The notes: generated from the sequence alone by a model not told the origin. 64,000 bases of DNA from an uncultured Pseudomonadota bacterium (GCA_949296475.1 CASFOK010000002.1:10660-74659), one strand, 5' to 3'. Numbered from the stretch's first letter, positions 39,359 through 49,451 are shown. Made by a program: numbers and translations.

Positions 39359-41874
39359 TCGTCACATCTGGCTAAATCATCATATTCCCTATATTTTCTA
39401 TCGTTTGTTTCACGATATTCATATGGGGCATTTCCTGCTGAATACATATTTATTAATTCGGTTGTTTTTTCAACGGCTGCTTTTATCATCTGCGCTGTTG
39501 TTTCTGCATCATATTTTATAACTTTCACATCGTTATTTCTTAATTGCAAGAACATCATAACGGGCGTCAAAGAAACGCCAGACATACGAATCGGGAAGCC
39601 CCCTTGTTGCAACATAAATGCCTCTAGCGGTAGTTGCGGCATATTTCCGTCTAATAACTGCTTTTGATTTGGTGCCGCACCAGTCTTAATATCTAAGACC
39701 CCGCCATCCCAAACCCTATCTGCACGTGCACGAACGTTACGACCCGCAATTTTTACCTTGCCGGCAATTTCCGCCTGTGCGTTTGGAATATTTTTTAATT
39801 CTGCGGCAACGACCGGCGCAATTTCAAGAAACCTTTTGTGCCAAAAATAAAACATAACGCTATCCGGCCCAAGTATTTGACGTGCCAAAGAATCCATATC
39901 ATTAACCAACTTTTCGGATGAAAAATCTTTGGCGTTTTCAATTACGAAATGCACTAAATTACCAAAATGCCTTGCGTCTGGCAAAGTCCAATAATCATCC
40001 ATCGGCCGCAACCGTAAGATATGCCGCACATAGAACGCATAAGGATTATGAATTAATAGTTCTAATTCTGTCACATATACATCAGACCAATCTGCTGGCG
40101 GCGTCGGCGCAGAATAATCTAACGGACAAAGCGCAACGTCATCTTTTGCCCGAACGTCAGATAAAATTTTGTCGCCAAGCGTTAAATCAACTTTACCAAA
40201 CCTTGCCCCCACGCGAGACAAAAATCTAGACTCGGTCGTTTGAACACCGCCAGATATTTTACTGCGTAACCAATATACCTCTTTTCCACAAGACAGATTC
40301 ATGAAATCTAATGCCTGTAAAGACACTTTTCTATCTGGTGACGGCAACCCCACTTCTTGGGCAATTTTCCTTGGTAACCAAGCATTTTCGTATCCGCGCG
40401 CTGGGAACATTCCTTCATTCAACCCCGTCAAAATGACGACGTCCGCCGTTTGCATTCGCGATTCTATGTTACCCAATACCACCACCTTGGCCCTATCATT
40501 CATAGGCATACGTACCGATACACCAGATATAGCATCTGATATAAACGCGCGTGCGTCTGATAAATTAAGTCTTATGCCGATTTTTTCTATACATTCCGAC
40601 AAGTCTGTAATGGCGCGCCATATCGGCATGTTTATATCGTCTGCTGGGTTAAATGGCGGGTCAAACTCTATTCCTGACGCATCAACGATTCTTATTATCG
40701 TTTCAAGTAGATTATAATTGGATTCGCAATAAAACTTATCAAACAATAAAGTATTTTCTTGCTCTGCCCAATCGTTTAAAAGATTTAATATCGCCCTGCC
40801 GGCAGGCGTCATACTACCGGATATTCCCCCAGAAAAATCAGCCTGTATTCCATAAGCATTAAAAGCAGTCAAAATTCTTTGGTTACCGGCGGCATCGGGC
40901 GTAATTATTAAAACTGTTTTGTTTTGTGCAATTGCCCGGACAGATATTTCTGCGACTGCATTTGCTTCCTCGCTTTCATGTGCACATTCTATTAAATGAC
41001 AATGACTTACCGCATCGTTATTTTTCGGGATAGCCGGATTATTACCAAAAGCGTAATTTAAAAAATCTATTGTTTCGCTGTTACCAACATCAATTGGTGT
41101 TATATCAGAAATATTAAGCCCAGCCCTTGATAAAAACTTATACTCTGCATTATATGGATTTGTGTCCAGCGCAAAATCGGTATCAAATCCTGAAATCTTG
41201 CCGGACAAAATAATTCTGCCATGCGCCAATGTTACAACTTTCAACATTAAATCTGCGGTGGCAGGAACGCTGGCCGTAGATCCACATACCACAACCAACT
41301 TATACTCATCCAAATGGTTTGCCCAAGCGCGTATATCCCTGTTACGCACCTGCGTTTCCGTCATAGATAAAGAAGTATAGTCTTTATGCAGTTTTGATAA
41401 TATATTCAATAAATCAGCTTTACGTTGAAAATGAGTGGCATACTTTTCATCCACTAATTTTTGCCAATCAATATTTGCAACACTTACCCCTTCGTTTTCA
41501 AGATAATCTTGCATGCGCAACAAATCATGCGCCACAGGTAACGCAGTGGCTATATTTCCAATACTTGCATCTGCGGACAATAATTTTGCCAACAAAACCA
41601 AACGCTCTGTATTAGATATAACATCTGTGCTGGCGTTATTATCAGCAACTTCTTCATCTTCCGCACCTTCCCCCAACGCCACCAACCGAGGCAAAATAAT
41701 ACTATGACCAGATTTTACTACTAAAAACTTTTCTACCGACCGAACCGCGCGCCTACTGGGCAAAAAAATCAACGCGTCTTTTAAATCTACATTTGACGCA
41801 GATATTACCTGCCATAACGCTTCTAGCATATTGGCGGGGTTCGTCGCATAAAAAACGTTATTATTTGATACCAA
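39355..41874 (-). CDS. addB: Double-strand break repair protein AddB (alphaproteobacterial type)
   Basis: 839 aa with no Walker A, and a C-terminal PD-(D/E)XK-type motif ADRVWDGGVLDIKTG. Confidence 0.75.
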   Translation of the reverse strand: MVSNNNVFYATNPANMLEALWQVISASNVDLKDALIFLPSRRAVRSVEKFLVVKSGHSIILPRLVALGEGAEDEEVADNNASTDVISNTERLVLLAKLLSADASIGNIATALPVAHDLLRMQDYLENEGVSVANIDWQKLVDEKYATHFQRKADLLNILSKLHKDYTSLSMTETQVRNRDIRAWANHLDEYKLVVVCGSTASVPATADLMLKVVTLAHGRIILSGKISGFDTDFALDTNPYNAEYKFLSRAGLNISDITPIDVGNSETIDFLNYAFGNNPAIPKNNDAVSHCHLIECAHESEEANAVAEISVRAIAQNKTVLIITPDAAGNQRILTAFNAYGIQADFSGGISGSMTPAGRAILNLLNDWAEQENTLLFDKFYCESNYNLLETIIRIVDASGIEFDPPFNPADDINMPIWRAITDLSECIEKIGIRLNLSDARAFISDAISGVSVRMPMNDRAKVVVLGNIESRMQTADVVILTGLNEGMFPARGYENAWLPRKIAQEVGLPSPDRKVSLQALDFMNLSCGKEVYWLRSKISGGVQTTESRFLSRVGARFGKVDLTLGDKILSDVRAKDDVALCPLDYSAPTPPADWSDVYVTELELLIHNPYAFYVRHILRLRPMDDYWTLPDARHFGNLVHFVIENAKDFSSEKLVNDMDSLARQILGPDSVMFYFWHKRFLEIAPVVAAELKNIPNAQAEIAGKVKIAGRNVRARADRVWDGGVLDIKTGAAPNQKQLLDGNMPQLPLEAFMLQQGGFPIRMSGVSLTPVMMFLQLRNNDVKVIKYDAETTAQMIKAAVEKTTELINMYSAGNAPYEYRETNDRKYREYDDLARCDD

Positions 41875-42415
41875 GTGCCACCCTTATAGGTTCCAGACCT
41901 GTTTTTTTCTCTGCCGACGTTTCTAATATATCGGCCAACATCGCGGGATGATTATCATGCGACAACTTTATTTGGTTCGTTTCACGCATCCGCTTATCTT
42001 TCTTTGTATAAACGACTTGATATGAAATACCGTTTAAATCACAAAAATCCATTAAATCTAAATCGGAATCGCGCACACCTATCCTTGAATCAATCAATAT
42101 AAACAGTCTTGTTAATTGACGGCGATTCATCAGATAATCTTCTAATCTGTGCAACCATTGCAACGCCTGCTCTTTTGAAACCTTGGCATAACCATACCCC
42201 GGTAAATCAACAATCATTATTCTATCATCTATGTTAAATAAATTTAAAGATTGCGTACGACCCGGCGTATTAGACGTTCTGGCAATCTTGGTTCCAACAA
42301 CAGCGTTTATCAACGAAGACTTACCTACATTACTACGCCCTATGAAGGCGTATTCTGGGAATTGAGTTTTTGGTAAACTTGAAACGGTTTCAAAACTGCC
42401 GACAAATTTTATCAT
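41861..42415 (-). CDS. engB: Ribosome biogenesis GTP-binding protein YihA/EngB
   Basis: GRSNVGKSSLINA, DLPGYGYA and TKKDK. Confidence 0.9.
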   Translation of the reverse strand: MIKFVGSFETVSSLPKTQFPEYAFIGRSNVGKSSLINAVVGTKIARTSNTPGRTQSLNLFNIDDRIMIVDLPGYGYAKVSKEQALQWLHRLEDYLMNRRQLTRLFILIDSRIGVRDSDLDLMDFCDLNGISYQVVYTKKDKRMRETNQIKLSHDNHPAMLADILETSAEKKTGLEPIRVALGIK

Positions 42416-43209
42416 TATTTTTTCCCTTTTTGTAACAGCCTGTTATAAGCCTCTTTTTTAGATATACCTGCCCGCAAAGCTAAATCGTTGGCGGCAGATT
42501 TCATAGATGACGCAGAAATATCATTTATTAATTCGGTAATTTCAGAATCAGACATTTTATGTTCCGGCGCAGGTGCAACGACGATTACAATTTCACCCCT
42601 TGGTGGCGCTATGTGCATTAAATCTGCCGGATAGCCAATAATTGTCTCTTCATGAATTTTTGTAATTTCACGAACTATGGCAATCTGCCTTTCTGGCATA
42701 ACACGCGCCAAAGCAGATATAGTTTCCATAATTCTATTCGGACTTTCATAATAAATGATTGTATGCCGAATTTTATTATCTTCGCGTAACTTTTTCTCAT
42801 CAAAAAAACCGCAAAAAGTAAACCTATCTGTTGGGAAACCGGACAATACCAACGCCGATATCGCTGCGACAGGTCCAGGCACAACAAAAACAGGTAATTT
42901 TGCCTCTCTTGCGGCACGAACCAAACGAAATCCAGGGTCGCTTATACCCGGCATGCCGGCATCGGATACAGCAGCCACCGCTGCACCCAAAGCAATTTTA
43001 TTTATTATTTCAGGTACAACGTCACGTTCATTATGCTCGTGACAAGAAATACGCTTTGTTTTTATATCAAAATGACTGGCAAGTTTACCGAAAACCCTTG
43101 TATCTTCGGCAGCAATCAAATCCACATTCTGCAACACTTCTATTGCGCGCGGAGAAAAATCAGATAAATTACCTATTGGCGTACCAACGATATAAAGCCC
43201 AGATTGCAT
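42415..43209 (-). CDS. rsmI: 16S rRNA (cytidine1402-2'-O)-methyltransferase RsmI
   Basis: LYIVGTPIGNLSDFSPRAIEVL..VDLIAAEDTR. The ATG at 43209 has AAAGGA upstream. Confidence 0.9.
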   Translation of the reverse strand: MQSGLYIVGTPIGNLSDFSPRAIEVLQNVDLIAAEDTRVFGKLASHFDIKTKRISCHEHNERDVVPEIINKIALGAAVAAVSDAGMPGISDPGFRLVRAAREAKLPVFVVPGPVAAISALVLSGFPTDRFTFCGFFDEKKLREDNKIRHTIIYYESPNRIMETISALARVMPERQIAIVREITKIHEETIIGYPADLMHIAPPRGEIVIVVAPAPEHKMSDSEITELINDISASSMKSAANDLALRAGISKKEAYNRLLQKGKK

Positions 43210-43230
43210 TCGTAATCCTTTTATAGTAAA

Positions 43231-44859
43231 ATGATACAAGATAAAATGGATTTTTCAATGTATATAAAGAATTTTTTTATTTTATGCTTGATGATATTGA
43301 CCGCTGGTTGCGCCACCAAACAACAAGAATGGCACAGTGAATACGGCACAACTGGAACGCGCGCACCAACAGAAATAATGTACGGATCACCATACGTTAA
43401 AATCGGCAGTCCGGCTGACAATATGGACGGTGCCCCTGTACATAAAATTGCTGTTTTATTACCACTGTCTGGTGAAAACGAAAAAGTCGGCGACACCATC
43501 AGAACATCAATTGAAACGGCGGTATTACAAAACGCCCCACAAAATCTATCTGTATCTTTCTATGATTCTTCTGATGGGATAAATGTAAAAATGCCGGACA
43601 TTTTGGCCGAAAATCCAGAGATTGTTATTGGTCCCGTATTTTCCCAAGACGCCCGAATATTGCGTAGCATAAAGCCAGAAAACTTGCCAGTTTTATCATT
43701 TACATCCGATGCAAATTCTATTGGCAATGGCATTATGACAATGGCTTTGATGCCGACAAATAGCATAGAAGCAATAGTAAAAGAAATGATAAACGATGAA
43801 GTTAGAAATTTCGTGATTATTGCCCCCGATACAGAATCTGGCAAACTAATGGCAGGCACGGCGTTAAGTGCTTCTGAAATATATAATATACCAACTGTTG
43901 GGATATTCTTTTATAAAGAAAACGATTCGGAATCTATAAAAACTACTGCAGAAAAAGCGTCTATGAACGCGGCGCGCGTAGCCGCGAACAACCGCGCGCG
44001 CGAAATTTTATCCGACATAATAACCCAAGAAAGATTAACTGCCGTTGAAAAATCTTCTTTAAACACGCAATTAAATAGATTATCTAAATCCGACACATTA
44101 GGTAATGCACCATATGACGCAGTATTATTTTTAGGTGACGGGAATGATACAAAAACGATTGCTTCATTTCTGCGCTATTACGGCGTTGGCGCAAGGGACG
44201 CACGTTTTTATGGAACTGCTTTATGGGAAGGCTCTGATATAGCAACAGACTTTACCATGCAAGGTGCAAAGTATGCGACACTGCCGGAAATATCACCAAT
44301 GTTTTCAAATATATACGAACAAATGTCTGGTCAAGCCCCGAATCGCCTTGCAACATTTGGTTATGACGCGACGAATATGGCAATTGGTATGATTTATTCA
44401 AATAAATCTGACGCGGCATATTTATTAGACCCCAGCGGATATGTCGGTATAGACGGTTTGTTCAGACTTAAACCAACCGGTGAAAGCGAACGTGCTTTAC
44501 GTATAGTACAAATCACAAACACAGGTACAACACGGGTTGTACGAAACGCCCCCCAAAACTTTATTGCCCCGGTTTATAACATAGAACAACACAAAGTAAA
44601 ACCCGCCAGCGCAATGGATTTGGAAACAAGCGGTATAAATCCAAATGACTATATAAACATTCCAGAAAGACTGCGCAGCAAATACAAATCAAAAACATAC
44701 GGCACTCACATAACCTTGGAACAAGAACAACCCAAGCAAGAAAATATTATCATTTTACCAGAAGACGACAGTGATCCGATAATATCACCGGACTTTCAAC
44801 CTGTCTCCTTGGAATCTGTTAATAAAACTTATATAGACAGCGTGGAAATAGAAGAATAA
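43231..44859 (+). CDS. LpoA/LppC-like lipoprotein (penicillin-binding protein activator family)
   Basis: Lipobox ILTAGC and a periplasmic-binding-protein-like core (IAVLLPLSGENEKVGDTIR). Divergent from rsmI, as yraL/yraM are in E. coli. The start could be one of several Met codons in 43231-43258. Confidence 0.65.
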   Translation: MIQDKMDFSMYIKNFFILCLMILTAGCATKQQEWHSEYGTTGTRAPTEIMYGSPYVKIGSPADNMDGAPVHKIAVLLPLSGENEKVGDTIRTSIETAVLQNAPQNLSVSFYDSSDGINVKMPDILAENPEIVIGPVFSQDARILRSIKPENLPVLSFTSDANSIGNGIMTMALMPTNSIEAIVKEMINDEVRNFVIIAPDTESGKLMAGTALSASEIYNIPTVGIFFYKENDSESIKTTAEKASMNAARVAANNRAREILSDIITQERLTAVEKSSLNTQLNRLSKSDTLGNAPYDAVLFLGDGNDTKTIASFLRYYGVGARDARFYGTALWEGSDIATDFTMQGAKYATLPEISPMFSNIYEQMSGQAPNRLATFGYDATNMAIGMIYSNKSDAAYLLDPSGYVGIDGLFRLKPTGESERALRIVQITNTGTTRVVRNAPQNFIAPVYNIEQHKVKPASAMDLETSGINPNDYINIPERLRSKYKSKTYGTHITLEQEQPKQENIIILPEDDSDPIISPDFQPVSLESVNKTYIDSVEIEE

Positions 44860-44918
44860 AACCTTGAAAACACATTTTTATTCATTAATATGAAAATACA
44901 TTAATAAAGGTACCTTAT

Positions 44919-46619
44919 ATGAATATATACAAAGAAGTATCAAGTGCTGTAATATCTAAATTGCAAGAAATTCCAGAATTAAAAAACGTTCTGACGCCTG
45001 AAATATTAAAAAACGCGACCGTTGAAATTCCAAAAGTTCGCGATTTCGGTGACTTTTCAACAAATATTGCAATGTTACTGACAAAAAGCCTTGGGCAAAA
45101 ACCGCGTGACATTGCGGAGATAATGGTACCGTACTTAAAACAAATACCTAACATTGACCAAGTATCTATTGCAGGTCCCGGTTTTATAAACCTGAAATTA
45201 AAAGACGAATACATAAAAAAAATTGCATTATCTGATAAATTGACGCCGGAAACCCCAAACCCACAAAAGATAGACCTTGATTACGGCGGCTATAACGTCG
45301 GGAAAACGTTACACATTGGTCACTTGCGTACGACTGTCGTAGGCGACACATTTAACCGCATTGCACAATTTCTTGGTCACAAAACAAAATCATATAATCA
45401 TATGGGCGACTGGGGCAAACCTATGGGCTTAATAATTGCCTGGATACTTGAAAACGGCATGCCTAAAAACGTAGATGATATTAACAAGATGTACCCTGCT
45501 TCATATGCACGCGCCAAAGAAGACCCGGCATGGTTGGAACAAGCACAAAAAATAACGGTTGATCTGCAAAACGGCGATAAAGAATACAAACAAATATATG
45601 ACGCTTTTATTCCAATGTCTTTGGAACAAGTAAATAATCTATTAAAGCGTTTAAACATATTAACATTTGATGAAAATAAAGGTGAAAGATTAATAGCGGA
45701 ATACGTTCCAACCGTACAAAAAATTTTAGATGAAAAAGGTATAATTGAACACAGTGACGGCGCTGAAATCATATCCGTAAAGCAAGACACAGATACAGAA
45801 CCGATGCCGCCTGTTATGTGGCGTTCCAGCGCGGGGGCACAAACTTATGCTGCGGCAGACTTAATGGCAATTTATTATCGTGAAAAGACCGACAACCCTA
45901 ATGCCATTGTTTATTTTACCGACAACCGTCAAACCTTACATTTTAAACAAATATTCCGTGCAGCGCGTATGGTAGGTTTTGCACAAGACATAGAATTACA
46001 ACACATCGGTTTTGGAACAATAACAGGTGCAGACGGTAAACCTTTTAAAACGCGTGATGGCAATGTACCAAGTTTGGATGAAATGCTAAACATAGTTGCA
46101 GATTCTGTACGCACGCGTGTTACTGAATCCGGTAAAAAACTGTCTGATGAAACGATAGAAATGATTGCTTTGGCTTCGTTAAAATTTAATGACCTGATGC
46201 ACGATGTAAAATCAGATTACATTTTTGATGTGGAATCTGTTACTAATTTTGAAGGCAGAACCGGCCCATACATTCTGTATACGGCGGTCAGATTGAATTC
46301 CATACTAAACAAGGTTGGTGATACTTCTATGGACGCCGCTTGTCAGTTATTACCAGAAGAACGTGATTTATTAATGTTCTTGCTGGATTTCAATCGTGTA
46401 ACGGAAACCGCATTTGAAAAACGTGCCCCATATATATTGGCAAATTATACATACGACTTATGTAAATTGATAAACACATTTTATCACACCTGCCCTATTA
46501 TGCGCGATGACATAAGTCCTGAAATAAAATCACAAAGACTTGCAATAGTAAAACAATCTTTGAATGTATTATCAAAATCAATAGAACTAATGGGGCTAAA
46601 GATTCCAGAAGAAATGTAA
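44919..46619 (+). CDS. argS: Arginine--tRNA ligase
   Basis: N-terminal Arg_tRNA_synt_N domain, HIGH motif (LHIGHLR) and a DALR anticodon-binding C-terminus. Confidence 0.96.
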   Translation: MNIYKEVSSAVISKLQEIPELKNVLTPEILKNATVEIPKVRDFGDFSTNIAMLLTKSLGQKPRDIAEIMVPYLKQIPNIDQVSIAGPGFINLKLKDEYIKKIALSDKLTPETPNPQKIDLDYGGYNVGKTLHIGHLRTTVVGDTFNRIAQFLGHKTKSYNHMGDWGKPMGLIIAWILENGMPKNVDDINKMYPASYARAKEDPAWLEQAQKITVDLQNGDKEYKQIYDAFIPMSLEQVNNLLKRLNILTFDENKGERLIAEYVPTVQKILDEKGIIEHSDGAEIISVKQDTDTEPMPPVMWRSSAGAQTYAAADLMAIYYREKTDNPNAIVYFTDNRQTLHFKQIFRAARMVGFAQDIELQHIGFGTITGADGKPFKTRDGNVPSLDEMLNIVADSVRTRVTESGKKLSDETIEMIALASLKFNDLMHDVKSDYIFDVESVTNFEGRTGPYILYTAVRLNSILNKVGDTSMDAACQLLPEERDLLMFLLDFNRVTETAFEKRAPYILANYTYDLCKLINTFYHTCPIMRDDISPEIKSQRLAIVKQSLNVLSKSIELMGLKIPEEM

Positions 46620-46638
46620 AGCTCATATTTATTGGGCT

Positions 46639-47214
46639 TTACTTATCAAACTCATAAACATACGCTTTATGTGGATACTTTTTTCCGTTAAAATACGTAT
46701 ACCCATAAGCGCCACTAATTATTTTATCTGGTTGCATATTATCTATTTCAAAATCCAAAGAAATCAGAACTTTTATTTTATTTTTATATTTCAATAACCG
46801 AGTTACATCTGCAGGAGAAAGATATGCAACCGCTATATCAAACTTTTGTTTTGTATCACCAAGATATTTATACGCATCACACCAAATTGTTTTATTGTTA
46901 CAACCCGACAACCAATCTAATATTTTAGCAACGAATACGTCATACGGCATATTTTCCAGTGCAAAAACTTTTGCATTTGTATTTCTTGCGACACTTCTGG
47001 CAAATCCTCCAAAGCCAGAGCCAACTTCACATATCATTTTCGCATTTTGATAATTATTTTTTATTTCCCTGATTACAAGTTTTCTTAATTTCCTGTTACT
47101 TGGTACAAATGGTACTTGTCTGCGAAAAAATACTGTATATGCCTGTTCTATTATAAAAAGAACATAGAAGAAAAACGCTATTGCAAATATATATACTAAA
47201 ATATTTAATAACAT
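46639..47214 (-). CDS. Class I SAM-dependent methyltransferase with an N-terminal TM segment
   Basis: Motif I ICEVGSGFGGFARSVA; N-terminal LLNILVYIFAIAFFFYVLFII. Confidence 0.6.
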   Translation of the reverse strand: MLLNILVYIFAIAFFFYVLFIIEQAYTVFFRRQVPFVPSNRKLRKLVIREIKNNYQNAKMICEVGSGFGGFARSVARNTNAKVFALENMPYDVFVAKILDWLSGCNNKTIWCDAYKYLGDTKQKFDIAVAYLSPADVTRLLKYKNKIKVLISLDFEIDNMQPDKIISGAYGYTYFNGKKYPHKAYVYEFDK

Positions 47215-47267
47215 TTATGATTCCTTATAAGACATATTATATATTTTTTATAATCGGATATAAATAT

Positions 47268-47305
47268 AAAAGAACATCACTAAACCGTGATGTTCTTTAT
47301 TTTTA
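47268..47305. terminator. Strong hairpin terminator
   Basis: 10-bp stem agaacatcac/gtgatgttct with a 6-nt loop, flanked by A and T runs. Confidence 0.8.
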
Positions 47306-47355
47306 TAACTAACAAAAAACTGTTCTATATGCTGATATCCTTGACGTAGATAATT

Positions 47356-48207
47356 TTATTCACCACGAATGACAATATCTTTACCATCACAAGAAATAGT
47401 CATTGTTTCCCCCTGCGATACAGATACTATATCTTGTGGCACTGGTATATATTCCGCATCTATATGCGTTGCGATATATTCACGCAACCGATTCGCAATG
47501 TCGCACGCATGCTGTGCATCTTCTGGATAATAATTTGCATTCTCTGAAAAAAAATGCTTTGGATCCATTCCATTAAATATCGTCTTGATTGTATCAGCAT
47601 AAATATACATTTCACGACCTGTATTTTCATCAAATACAAGCATTTCCTTTTCTGTATCGCCAAACATTTGTTCAGATAAATATGCCAGACAATTTTTAAT
47701 TTCTTTACGTTGTTCATCTGGTATATTTTGTAGCGTCTCATCAACGGGATATAAAACCGGTTCACACCTAGACCCAACAATATATTGACCATCTGGAATG
47801 TTTTCACCATCATCCATTGTTAAATTATTGTCCGTTGCATGCCATATCGTAAACGTCAATCCGCCTGTCAACAGGCTGTGTCCTAAAACGAATTTCATTT
47901 TTCCTGGTGCTTCATATTCATCGGCTTCGTTTACAGGTAATGTTATTTCTATTACATCATCAATTTGTGGAATTTGGTTATATAACCATGTATGATCCGC
48001 CAACCAGACACTTTTTTGTCCCTGTGCTTTGGCGCGTAATTCTTTTGTCAGACGTTTTACAACCAAATCCGCATGCGTTTCATAAACTTTTGCATCAACC
48101 AACAAATGTCCCTTTGCACCATCTTGACAAACCATTTGCATGTCATACTGTGGTCTGTCACAGGCAGTCAATGCCAACAAACACATGAAGAAAAAAATAC
48201 GTTTCAT
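47356..48207 (-). CDS. Hypothetical lipoprotein
   Basis: MKRIFFFMCLLALTAC lipobox. The ATG at 48207 has AAAGGTGA upstream, so the track start at 48291 is probably too far upstream. Confidence 0.6.
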   Translation of the reverse strand: MKRIFFFMCLLALTACDRPQYDMQMVCQDGAKGHLLVDAKVYETHADLVVKRLTKELRAKAQGQKSVWLADHTWLYNQIPQIDDVIEITLPVNEADEYEAPGKMKFVLGHSLLTGGLTFTIWHATDNNLTMDDGENIPDGQYIVGSRCEPVLYPVDETLQNIPDEQRKEIKNCLAYLSEQMFGDTEKEMLVFDENTGREMYIYADTIKTIFNGMDPKHFFSENANYYPEDAQHACDIANRLREYIATHIDAEYIPVPQDIVSVSQGETMTISCDGKDIVIRGE

Positions 48208-48314
48208 ACCGTCACCTTTACTTATTTTGATTAAACAAAACTCATTATCATCAGATATTTTTATTATAACATTTTTCACAATATAAAACAAATTTTTGAT
48301 ATAATAATAACGTA

Positions 48315-48914
48315 ATGACAGACGAACAAATTAAAAAATCTTTGCAAAAAATTTTAGATAAACTGCACGACGAAAAGAAAGGTATTTTTCGTAATAATTC
48401 AAAATTAAAAAACGGGATAATAAAAACTCAATTAGCACTATCACGTTCAATTCCAATCAAAGATGTACCTTTCAATGTTTCCGGGAAAGAAATAATAGAA
48501 CAAAAATTGGGCGACATAATTTCTTGCACTGGTATGGCCAAAGCATTTTTAGAGGCTGGAAAAAACAGTGGTTTAGATTTAAAGGCTGTCATAACAGTAA
48601 ACAAAGAATTTTTAGATAAAGGCGAAACAAATAACGACCATACTGTCCCCGCAGTAAAAATGCAAGACGGTCAATACCATATTATTGAACCCAGATGCAA
48701 ATATATTGATGCTTCAAATTGCCGTAAATTATTATCTTTACCGGTTAAAATTGGGCAACAAGTATTTCATATACTAAATTCATTGAAAGACCAAGCATAT
48801 GAAGTTGTTGCAATAATTGATCAAGAAGAACTAGAAAAAATAAAAACACTTAAAGATGTAGAAAATAAAAACCATCGTCACAACTTTTTCATAAATATTG
48901 ATAAACAAAGGTAA
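48315..48914 (+). CDS. Hypothetical protein with a possible transglutaminase-like Cys/His core
   Basis: 199 aa. The pattern ISCTGMAKAFLEAGKNSGLDLKAV...DHTVPAVKMQDGQYHIIEP resembles the C...H...D/E core of transglutaminase-like cysteine peptidases. By eye only. Confidence 0.5.
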   Translation: MTDEQIKKSLQKILDKLHDEKKGIFRNNSKLKNGIIKTQLALSRSIPIKDVPFNVSGKEIIEQKLGDIISCTGMAKAFLEAGKNSGLDLKAVITVNKEFLDKGETNNDHTVPAVKMQDGQYHIIEPRCKYIDASNCRKLLSLPVKIGQQVFHILNSLKDQAYEVVAIIDQEELEKIKTLKDVENKNHRHNFFINIDKQR

Positions 48915-49061
48915 AACAAACTTATATAGTCAGTTTATTTTGTGGTGGGTAATTCCCAACGCAAAATTGCGTCGCCCCATTTCACTACGCACTGCGCGCT
49001 TGTCCGAACCAAACAATCTAACGATTTGTATGCCCTAATCCATAAACACATGCCATAAAAC

Positions 49062-49091
49062 AAAAACCGACCTGCTCGGTCGGTTTGTTTT
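49062..49091. terminator. Bidirectional intrinsic terminator after tRNA-Tyr
   Basis: aaaccgacc-tgctc-ggtcggttt, with tgttttt on the plus strand and T-rich sequence on the minus strand. Confidence 0.8.
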
Positions 49092-49178
49092 TGGTGGGAG
49101 TGGGTGGATTCGAACCACCTCAGGCTTAAGCCAACAGATTTACAGTCTGCCCCGGCTCTCCAACTCCGGCGCACGCCC
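49092..49178 (-). tRNA. tRNA-Tyr (GUA), type II with a long variable arm; CCA encoded
   Basis: Hand-folded as GGGCGTG-CG-CCGG-AGTTGGAGAG-CCGG-G-GCAGA-CTGTAAA-TCTGT-TGGCTTAAGCCTGA-GGTGG-TTCGAAT-CCACC-CACTCCC-A-CCA. The fold has a C4/U69 mismatch and C at position 8. Confidence 0.85.
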
Positions 49179-49293
49179 AATCTCGTTAAAAATTGTCAAA
49201 AATCGGAAGATGCGACGATTTTGATGCAGGCGAATGTACAAAGCGTACACGACCGGAATCAAAATCAAGCAGATTCCATTTTTCACAATTTTT

Positions 49294-49368
49294 TGGTGCG
49301 GGCAGCGGGAATCGAACCCGCATTTCAAGCTTGGAAGGCTTGCATACTAGCCTTTGTACTATGCCCGC
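49294..49368 (-). tRNA. tRNA-Gly (UCC); CCA encoded
   Basis: Hand-folded as GCGGGCA-TA-GTAC-AAAGGCTA-GTAT-G-CAAGC-CTTCCAA-GCTTG-AAAT-GCGGG-TTCGATT-CCCGC-TGCCCGC-A-CCA. All stems pair. Confidence 0.92.
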
Positions 49369-49451
49369 AACAAATCAAAGCCCTGTGATTATATAATAAA
49401 TTTCCCTAAACGCAAGTGTTTAATTCCAAAAAGACACATATATATATTTAT

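Noticed and set aside
48944-49110. A possible att-type duplication of the tRNA-Tyr 3' end (tggtggg at about 48948 versus 49092), which would mark a tRNA-targeted island
   Set aside because: Only about 7 nt match and the similarity stops immediately. That is far too short to distinguish from chance, and no integrase is nearby.
48935-49396. Four 62-94-aa ORFs (48935-49180, 49104-49388, 49140-49328, 49193-49396)
   Set aside because: They run through the tRNA-Tyr and tRNA-Gly genes and the spacer between them. The tRNA folds explain the sequence.
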